Of a stretch of 18,840 nt of DNA, positions 8,452 through 15,596 are shown one piece after another. The position numbers were made by a program, and so were the translations under genes. Below the pieces are notes generated by a model. That model saw only the letters and a program-made list of their open reading frames with translations. It was not told the DNA's origin and ran no database searches. The stretch comes from Fidelibacterota bacterium (GTDB lineage: Bacteria > Fidelibacterota > Marinisomatia > Marinisomatales > TCS56), in NCBI GenBank assembly GCA_043822705.1, contig JBDRBK010000016.1, positions 1-18,840 of the forward strand, given 5' to 3'. How positions within the stretch are numbered: position 1 is the stretch's first letter; each line of letters begins with the position of its first letter.

Positions 8452-8482
8452 TTGACATCGTTGGATAATCTCACTAACTTTG
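8452..8482 (+). promoter_or_regulatory. sigma70-type promoter for the downstream operon
   Basis: Perfect -35 TTGACA (8452-8457), 17-nt spacer and -10 TAACTT (8475-8480), which continues as TAACTTTG. Confidence 0.7.
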
Positions 8483-8551
8483 TTGCCCTTTCCCGTATCT
8501 GGCATGCCTATCCAGAATCGGAAGGGAAGGCTGAATTTCACGAATGCTAGA

Positions 8552-10657
8552 ATGCTGAAGACGACCACTCAATATATACTGATTTTTTCTTGCTTCATTG
8601 CACTGGGGCAAGCTCAGTTCGCGGATGATGAGTATGATAAATACACCACCGTCGGGCAATTGGGCATGGTTATTACCAATTATGGTATACTGGGGAACGG
8701 TTATAATAAAATCAATGGGGAGATTATACCTTCCTGCCTATATCGTCAGCACACGGAAATTCTCCGGGAACAGGTCGAACATTTTTCCTACGCCGGACTC
8801 TGGGTCGGCGGCAAGGTCAATCAGGACCGGCGAGTCAGTACCGCCATCGTGGACGGTGCCTTCGAGTCCGGGGAGGCCGGGTTTGAGTTTTTCGCCGCCT
8901 CTCCGATCACGAACCGGTCATCGCTGCAGGATGCACGCTATTTTTCCACCGAGGCGGTGTCGCATCAGGACATGCTGATGGATTTTCAGGATTTCGGCAA
9001 AGATATAACCGGACATGTTCCTATGGGAATAGGCGTTCATCTGGAAAGTTATGCCTGGAACTTTGCCTTTGCCGATGCCTTCGTGATTCTGGATTATACC
9101 ATCACCAATATGTCCGCCGATTCGATCCACGATGTTTACGCCGGTCTGTGGATCGATGCCTCGATAGGTAATATGAATTATACCAGCGAATATGAACCGG
9201 GCGGCGGCTTCGACTGGTACGATAATCTGGATGGTTTCGATGAATCCGAAGATGATGCCGGTTTTCCTCGCGACATAGCCTTCCAGTACGATGCCGACGG
9301 TGATGATGGCTGGGCTGAATCATATATCGGGATAACATTGTTAGGCAGTTCCACGCCTACCCGCTACGTTGACTCCTTTTACCATCAGTGGACTTGGAAT
9401 AATGCTGCAAATACTGATTATCCGCAGTACAACATGCCGTTGAACGATATCCAGCGTTATGCCGTCATGACAAAAAGTGTAGCTAAGGGTAGTGATTCAA
9501 ATATATACACCGTATTGGGTTATCCTAGTATGCCCAGGAGTTGGCTGTTCCAGTTGTCGGCGGGACCCTTGGGCAGTCGGCCGGCCGATGTTGACTCACT
9601 GGGCTGGGTATTACCACCGGGAGAATCCTGCAAAGCCGTATTTGCCGTAGTGGCCGCCCGCTGGAATGGTTCTGGCCTGGATGGCCTGGACGACGCCAAC
9701 CGCCGCAAGAATCTATACGTCAGCGCTGACTGGGCTCAGAAGGCCTACGACGGCGAAGATATAAACCGTAATAATCAACTGGACGATGACGAAGATTTGA
9801 ATCAGAATGGCATTCTGGACCGTTACATTTTGCCCGAACCACCACCCAGCCCGGCTATGACCGTCGTCGTCGGGGATCAGATCGCCACCGTGTACTGGTC
9901 CGATAACGCCGAAAGTTTTATCGACCCGGTCAGCCAGGAAATCGATTTCGAAGGTTACCGGGTTTATGGCGCCCGCAAGACACTGGTCGAATATCCCCAG
10001 GAATTCACCCTGTTGGGCGAATACGATGTTTATAATCCCGATGACCAGAACATCGGCTACAATACCGGATTGGATGCCGTCCGGATCACCAATGCCGCCG
10101 GCGAACCCGATTCGGTTGCTATCGACGGTGTTTATTATCATTACAAATTTGAAAACCGGGGCGTGAAAAACGGCTGGATGAATTATTATTCGGTAACGGC
10201 CTACGACCGCGGCGACCCGGAGGCCAATGTGGCTAGCCTGGAAAGTTCAAAATATGCCAACCGGGTCTATGTTATGCCCGGTTCCGTCCCCGATACCAGC
10301 GGCTGGCGGGGACAGCCCAGCGTCTACCCCAACCCCTATCGCGGGCAGGCGAACTGGGACGGCTACGGCAGCCGGGACCGGATGATCTGGTTCCAGAATC
10401 TACCGGCCAAGGCCGAGATTCGAATATTTACACTGGCTGGAGATCTGGTGGATATAATTCAGCATGGCAGCGACTATATCGGCCAGGATGTACGGAACAT
10501 CGATCATAATAAAAATCCGCTGTTAAGCGGTGGTGAACACGCCTGGGATCTGATCAGCAGTTACGACCAGGCGGTGGCATCGGGACTCTATTTATTTACC
10601 GTCGAAGACCTCGCTTCAAACGAAGTCAAAGAGGGTAAATTCTTAGTCATTAAATAA
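8552..10657 (+). CDS. secreted protein with putative Ca-binding loops, an FN3-like domain and a T9SS-like C-terminal sorting domain
   Basis: Signal peptide from ATG 8552 (MLKTTTQYILIFSCFIALGQA); the TTG at 8480 lies inside the -10 box. It has EDINRNNQLDDDEDLNQNGILD loops, an FN3-like segment PEPPPSP...VYWSD...DFEGYRVY...YYSVTAYD, and a C-terminal VYPNPY...IRIFTLAGDLV...WDL...VASGLYLF...GKFLVIK. Confidence 0.88.
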   Translation: MLKTTTQYILIFSCFIALGQAQFADDEYDKYTTVGQLGMVITNYGILGNGYNKINGEIIPSCLYRQHTEILREQVEHFSYAGLWVGGKVNQDRRVSTAIVDGAFESGEAGFEFFAASPITNRSSLQDARYFSTEAVSHQDMLMDFQDFGKDITGHVPMGIGVHLESYAWNFAFADAFVILDYTITNMSADSIHDVYAGLWIDASIGNMNYTSEYEPGGGFDWYDNLDGFDESEDDAGFPRDIAFQYDADGDDGWAESYIGITLLGSSTPTRYVDSFYHQWTWNNAANTDYPQYNMPLNDIQRYAVMTKSVAKGSDSNIYTVLGYPSMPRSWLFQLSAGPLGSRPADVDSLGWVLPPGESCKAVFAVVAARWNGSGLDGLDDANRRKNLYVSADWAQKAYDGEDINRNNQLDDDEDLNQNGILDRYILPEPPPSPAMTVVVGDQIATVYWSDNAESFIDPVSQEIDFEGYRVYGARKTLVEYPQEFTLLGEYDVYNPDDQNIGYNTGLDAVRITNAAGEPDSVAIDGVYYHYKFENRGVKNGWMNYYSVTAYDRGDPEANVASLESSKYANRVYVMPGSVPDTSGWRGQPSVYPNPYRGQANWDGYGSRDRMIWFQNLPAKAEIRIFTLAGDLVDIIQHGSDYIGQDVRNIDHNKNPLLSGGEHAWDLISSYDQAVASGLYLFTVEDLASNEVKEGKFLVIK

Positions 10658-10672
10658 CAAGAGGAGCAAGGT

Positions 10673-13600
10673 ATGAAAATTAAACTGTTAACAGTTCTGC
10701 TGTTGCTGGTCTCGGTATCGTTGGCGGATGTCGTCACGATCGCCGAGGCTCGGGCCGCAGTTGGCGATACCGTCACCGTTGAAGGTATTGTCACGACGCC
10801 GAGCTGGTCCCCCGGGTACACCAGCTACCAGATACAGGACGCGACCGGCGGTCTGAACCTGTTTTATTACAGTAAATATGTCGCGCTTTCGATCGGCGAC
10901 CTGGTCAACGTGACCGGTAAAATATTATTGTACAACGGTCTGACGGAAGTGGAAGCATTGCACGATTCCCTGGTCAAGGTGATCAGTACCGGCAATGATG
11001 CGCCGATCTCCCAGCCACTGACGCTGTCAGCGTTGTTGAACGATCCCGAAACATTTGAGTCGGAACTGGTTGTCATCGAGAATGTATCGATTACCAGCGG
11101 CACCTGGCCGGCCTCCGGCAGCAGCGCCACCCTGAAAGTATCCGATGACGGCGGCCGGACCGTGGTCGACCTGCGGATCGACAACGATACCGACATCGAT
11201 GGCGCCGCGCAACCCACCGGCGCTTTCGTCCTGACCGGTGTTTTGAGTCAATACGATGGTTCGGCTCCCTATGATGAAGGTTACCAGATAATGCCCCGTT
11301 CGTACGCCGATTTCGGTGCTCCCTTCGAAGATGTGGTCACCTTCGCCGAGGCGCGGGCTGATTCCGGTAATACCGTAACCGTGCGTGGTTTTATCACGAC
11401 ACCGAGCTTTTCTTCCTCCAGTAATGATTTCGGCTTTCAGGATGCCACCGGCGGTTTGGATTTGTACGCCAGCGGCTCCTCAGTCGGGTTATTCGGCGTG
11501 GAATATGGCGATTTCGTCCAGGCCACCGGCAAGATCGGCGATTACAACGGTAAACGCGAAATCATGCCGACAGATACACTTGATGTTACAATCCTCTATC
11601 GTGGCACAGCCGTTCCGGCGCCGATCGAGCTGACCCTGCGGGAATTGCTGACCGATCCGGAGACCTATGAAGGTATGCTGGTCCAGGTAGTGAATGTTAC
11701 CTACACCGGCACCTGGCCGTTGCTGGGTACTGATGCCAATTTGACGATCACCGATCCCAGCGATACTAGCATGACGATGCGGATCGATAAGGACCATGAA
11801 GTGGACGGCACCGCCGCCCCCGTGGGCGCCTTCAATCTGATCGGCTGGCTGCAGCAATATGATTCTTCTTCACCATATACTTCCGGGTATCAGCTTTCAC
11901 CGCGGTTTCCGTCTGATATCGTGACTTTCGAGAACCAGGCCCCGGTAATCGTCGATGTGTCGATCGAGCCGACGCCGGTTTATGATGGTGATGCCGTGAC
12001 CGTGACCGCCGAGATTACCGATGATGGTACCTTCACCGTTTCCCTGACCTACAATGTCGGTGCCGGCGACGTGGTGCTGGCCATGACCCACACCACAGGC
12101 GATCTTTACACCGCCGAAATTCCCGGTCAGGACGAAGGCACGCTGGTCACCTATTCCGTGGCCGCCGATGACGGTGCCCTGGTTACTGACTCCGGTGATT
12201 TGACCTACCTGGTGCTGGCTTCCGCCGGAACGGTAACGCCGATTTACGATATCCAGTATTCGGCTACCGGCACATCGCCGCTTAATGGGACGGTCGTTAC
12301 CATCAGCGGTATTGTCACCGCCGAATTCTGGGGCAGCTACAAGAACCGCTACCTGTATGTGCAGGATGCGGCCAGCGCCTGGAGTGGTATCTACTGCTTT
12401 GAATATGGCGGCTGGAACAATTTCAATTTCAATTCCGCCTCGGGGCTGGTCAATACCGTTGCCGAAGGTGATAGCATCGCCATGACCGGTACGGTGACAG
12501 AATATACTACCGGAAACAGCACCGTTACAGAGTTGACCGATGTTACTGCCGTCACCATTTACAGCAGCGGTCATACGATGGAATCGACTTTGGTAACTCC
12601 CGGTCAGGTTAATACCGGCGGGACCGAGCAGGAAGCCTACGAAGGTGTACTGGTCAAGATCGCCGATGTGACCGTCGCCCGCGAAAAGAACAGCTATGGC
12701 GAATGGCTGGTCACCGATGGAACCGACACCTTGATGGTCGATGACATTTGGTCCTATTACTACTGGCCCAAGGTCGGCGATGAAATTGATGAAATTGTCG
12801 GTGTAATGGATTTTGCCTACTCGGAGGCCAAATTGCAGCCGCGCCTGGCCCGCGATGTGGTCGAAAAGGGTGTCTGCCGGATTCAACGTATCCAGCAGGT
12901 GCTGTACAGTGATCTGCTCAAGACCGGCCGCCTCGGCGCCGATGGTCTGATCGATCATGTGTCCGATATTTCCTACATGAATTGGATTCCTAATGTAGAC
13001 TCGACCTTCGTCACCATCGAAGGTATCGTTACGATGCCCACCGAACTGGGTTATGCCGGCGCCGGCATCAAGGTAATCTATGAAGATGTTCATGGCGGAC
13101 CCTGGAGCGGTATCCTGTCCTACAGTCCAGACTCAACCGGTATTCCGATTTTGTGGGAAGGCGATACGGTAAGTGCCTACGGTTACATTTCCGAATACCA
13201 GACCGACCACGGTAACATGACTGAATTCTTCGGCTCCGATGTCCTTGATGTTATCGGTTGGGGCGAAGGTGTGCATGGCGTTGGTATTCCACCGGCTGCA
13301 CCGGTGGCCACCGGTGACCTGCGCTGGCCCGAGACTGCCGAACAATGGGGCAATGTGATGGTCAAGCTCAGCGATCTGACCGTGACCAAAGTCAACCCCG
13401 CCGGATCCAATCTGAACAGCGGCATGTTCGCCGTGTCTGACGGCAGCGGCGAAATCTGGATTGACCATGATTCCTGGGTGATCTTCGACTGGTGGGAAAT
13501 CACCGGTCCGCCGGCTGTCGGCGCCGCGATCGATTCGATCATCGGCTGGGTTTACCATCATTTCGACACCTACAGCGACACCGGTGTTACCGTTTATAAG

Positions 13601-13948
13601 GTGGTACCGATATACGTCGAGGACATTTACTTCCCGGTCGTGGGTGTCGCGGAAAATGCACCATTGCCGAAACAGTATGCCCTGAATCAGAACTATCCCA
13701 ACCCGTTCAACCCGACAACGGCGATTCAGTTCGAGCTGGCTGATGCGCAGCGGGTCAAGATGATCGTTTACGATGTACTCGGTCGTCAGGTCCGCACGCT
13801 GGTCAGCAGCGATATGCCGGCCGGAACGTTTACGGTCGTATGGGATGGCAATAACAACCACGGACAAATGGTCAGTACCGGCGTCTATTTTGTACGCCTG
13901 GTTGCCGGTGACTTTGTCTCCGTGAAAAAGATGACGTTACTTCGTTAG
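10673..13948 (+). CDS. large secreted multi-OB-fold protein (four YhcR/ExeM-like modules plus an Ig-like domain) with a T9SS type A / FlgD-Ig C-terminal domain
   Basis: Strong RBS GAGGAG at 10661-10666 and a signal peptide. Repeated modules follow the pattern VT(V/I)xG(I/F)(V/I)T...(Q/E)D...GD.V..TG...Y...TE...E.(Y/F)EG.LV...PR. The C-terminus is YALNQNYPNPFNPTT.I...IVYDVLGRQVRTLV...VVWDG...VSTGVYFVRL...KKMTLLR. Confidence 0.9.
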   Translation: MKIKLLTVLLLLVSVSLADVVTIAEARAAVGDTVTVEGIVTTPSWSPGYTSYQIQDATGGLNLFYYSKYVALSIGDLVNVTGKILLYNGLTEVEALHDSLVKVISTGNDAPISQPLTLSALLNDPETFESELVVIENVSITSGTWPASGSSATLKVSDDGGRTVVDLRIDNDTDIDGAAQPTGAFVLTGVLSQYDGSAPYDEGYQIMPRSYADFGAPFEDVVTFAEARADSGNTVTVRGFITTPSFSSSSNDFGFQDATGGLDLYASGSSVGLFGVEYGDFVQATGKIGDYNGKREIMPTDTLDVTILYRGTAVPAPIELTLRELLTDPETYEGMLVQVVNVTYTGTWPLLGTDANLTITDPSDTSMTMRIDKDHEVDGTAAPVGAFNLIGWLQQYDSSSPYTSGYQLSPRFPSDIVTFENQAPVIVDVSIEPTPVYDGDAVTVTAEITDDGTFTVSLTYNVGAGDVVLAMTHTTGDLYTAEIPGQDEGTLVTYSVAADDGALVTDSGDLTYLVLASAGTVTPIYDIQYSATGTSPLNGTVVTISGIVTAEFWGSYKNRYLYVQDAASAWSGIYCFEYGGWNNFNFNSASGLVNTVAEGDSIAMTGTVTEYTTGNSTVTELTDVTAVTIYSSGHTMESTLVTPGQVNTGGTEQEAYEGVLVKIADVTVAREKNSYGEWLVTDGTDTLMVDDIWSYYYWPKVGDEIDEIVGVMDFAYSEAKLQPRLARDVVEKGVCRIQRIQQVLYSDLLKTGRLGADGLIDHVSDISYMNWIPNVDSTFVTIEGIVTMPTELGYAGAGIKVIYEDVHGGPWSGILSYSPDSTGIPILWEGDTVSAYGYISEYQTDHGNMTEFFGSDVLDVIGWGEGVHGVGIPPAAPVATGDLRWPETAEQWGNVMVKLSDLTVTKVNPAGSNLNSGMFAVSDGSGEIWIDHDSWVIFDWWEITGPPAVGAAIDSIIGWVYHHFDTYSDTGVTVYKVVPIYVEDIYFPVVGVAENAPLPKQYALNQNYPNPFNPTTAIQFELADAQRVKMIVYDVLGRQVRTLVSSDMPAGTFTVVWDGNNNHGQMVSTGVYFVRLVAGDFVSVKKMTLLR
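10727..11932 (+). repeat. intragenic tandem duplication of a ~201-aa module
   Basis: DVVTIAEARA..GDTVTVEGIVTTPS (10727) and DVVTFAEARA..GNTVTVRGFITTPS (11330) start 603 nt apart. Both copies share QDATGGL, TGKI..YNG, LL.DPET.E, GTWP, RID.D..(I/V)DG.A.P.GAF.L.G.L.QYD.S.PY..GYQ..PR. Confidence 0.9.
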
Positions 13949-13961
13949 TATTTGCAGATCA

Positions 13962-14002
13962 GGCGCGGGCGTTCGCCCTATTGACGAGCGCCCGCGCCCT
14001 TT
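13962..14002 (+). terminator. GC-rich stem-loop with a short U-tract (leaky terminator or mRNA-stabilising hairpin)
   Basis: GGCGCGGGCGTTCG (13962-13975) pairs with CGAGCGCCCGCGCC (13985-13998): 14 bp with one G-U pair and a 9-nt loop, followed by CTTTAATT. Confidence 0.7.
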
Positions 14003-14024
14003 AATTAAGGAATTGGTTTCCCGA

Positions 14025-15596
14025 ATGACGATTGACTTCAAAAAGATTGTCTTGCCGGCACTGGCACTGCTGGTGCTATCCTGCTCGCTGTGGGAGTACG
14101 ACGATCCGTCCGCTGCGATCGGCAACCTGTCCCCGGAAACCTACCTGACCCTGGTGGCCGCCGATACCATCTACCGGGTGCTGGATCAAATCATTGAGGT
14201 CACCGATACGGTCAGCGGTATTGTGAGTTATGACTCCACCTGGACCTACAGCATCGGCGTTCCGCCGGCCGACACGGCGGCTTTTATAGGCGATACGCTG
14301 GGCAATGCCTTCACAACTATCACCACCAGCCAGCAGTTGTTGAACTGGTGGGGTGAAGATCAGGACGGCAATGTGGTCGCCTATGACGTCCGCTGGAATA
14401 CCGACAGCAGTTGGACCCGCACTGCCGCGGAAGACAGTCTGTTTAATGTACCAATCCGGACTGTAATGGATGTGTTCCAGTTCTTTGTCCGGGCTGTGGA
14501 TGATTCCGGCGCCGTCGACCTCACACCGGCCATGTTAACTTTTCCCATTAAAAATTCTTTTCCTTCGATCGAGTTCCGTTATGGCAGCAATCCGCAAAAA
14601 GCCGATCACGGTACCGTGTCGTACACTTTTTCCACCCGGACTTTTGTCTGGGACCTGTTCGATCTGGATGGTATCGAAACAATTACCAATGTTTATTACG
14701 CCCTCGACGATACCTGCGATACCTGCTGGATCGCGCTGGATGCCCAAGCGCAGTCCAGCCTCACGCTCACCGGCCTCGAACCGGGGACGCATAAATTCTT
14801 CCTCAAGGCTCGCGATATCGCCGGTGCCGAGAGTCCGGTTATTCGATTCCCTGACAGCGATGATGAATACCAATGCCAGAGATGGGAAGTGAAACCGGTC
14901 GTCGGCGACGTGCTGCTGGTGGATGACTTCCCCTTTAACATCAGTAATGTGACCCGGAACTGGTACAAAAATATATTGGATACACTAGTAGGTACAGATG
15001 GTTATTCGGTCTGGGAAATCGGCGGAGCGTTGCCCTACAGTTCCACTGATATTCTGGCAACGCTGGATTTTTTCGATCATGTGATCTGGTTTTCCGGTGT
15101 TCAAGGGGTAGAAATGTATCTGGATGCCAGCTCCAGCATCTATAGTTACGCCATGGGTGGAGGTAACTTTTTCATTAGCGCCCCCGAACTGAAGGATTCC
15201 ACGTTTATCTGGTTTCCACTAAAGTCGCAGGCTTTAATTAATCCTTCGGGGCGCTGGTTTCCGGGCGCCCGGATCGACTCGCAGGTCGATAACCTGCCCG
15301 ACCTGGTTACGTCTTATACGATTGGTGTCCGGGTCCGGAGTTTTGTCCCGGATGCGACCCAGTTCGCCAGCATAAAAGATTTATATCATCTGTCGCTACC
15401 GCGCAGCAGCGATGAATGGACCGGCACGCCCAATGTCTGCAGCATCGGTCAATTCCAGGCTAGCTTCAACCAGTTGTCCGGTAAGGTGGTGTTGCTGTCG
15501 CTGCCACTGCATAATGGCAGCCAGCCGTTGCTGGAAGGCGAGGGGTCGGCCAGTCAGCTATTGGAATATCTGTTATTCAACGAGTTCGGGCGATGA
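14025..15596 (+). CDS. surface lipoprotein with two Ig/FN3-like repeats and a C-terminal alpha/beta domain
   Basis: ATG 14025 follows AAGGA. Lipoprotein signal MTIDFKKIVLPALALLVLS-C. Two related units: W.GEDQDG.V...FFVRAVDDSGA and WDLFDLDG.....FFLKARDIAGA. A VLLVDD strand opens the last domain. Confidence 0.85.
   Translation: MTIDFKKIVLPALALLVLSCSLWEYDDPSAAIGNLSPETYLTLVAADTIYRVLDQIIEVTDTVSGIVSYDSTWTYSIGVPPADTAAFIGDTLGNAFTTITTSQQLLNWWGEDQDGNVVAYDVRWNTDSSWTRTAAEDSLFNVPIRTVMDVFQFFVRAVDDSGAVDLTPAMLTFPIKNSFPSIEFRYGSNPQKADHGTVSYTFSTRTFVWDLFDLDGIETITNVYYALDDTCDTCWIALDAQAQSSLTLTGLEPGTHKFFLKARDIAGAESPVIRFPDSDDEYQCQRWEVKPVVGDVLLVDDFPFNISNVTRNWYKNILDTLVGTDGYSVWEIGGALPYSSTDILATLDFFDHVIWFSGVQGVEMYLDASSSIYSYAMGGGNFFISAPELKDSTFIWFPLKSQALINPSGRWFPGARIDSQVDNLPDLVTSYTIGVRVRSFVPDATQFASIKDLYHLSLPRSSDEWTGTPNVCSIGQFQASFNQLSGKVVLLSLPLHNGSQPLLEGEGSASQLLEYLLFNEFGR

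Noticed and set aside
8480..8551. TTG start at 8480 for the 725-aa ORF
   Set aside because: It overlaps the -10 box of the predicted promoter, and the signal peptide begins at ATG 8552.
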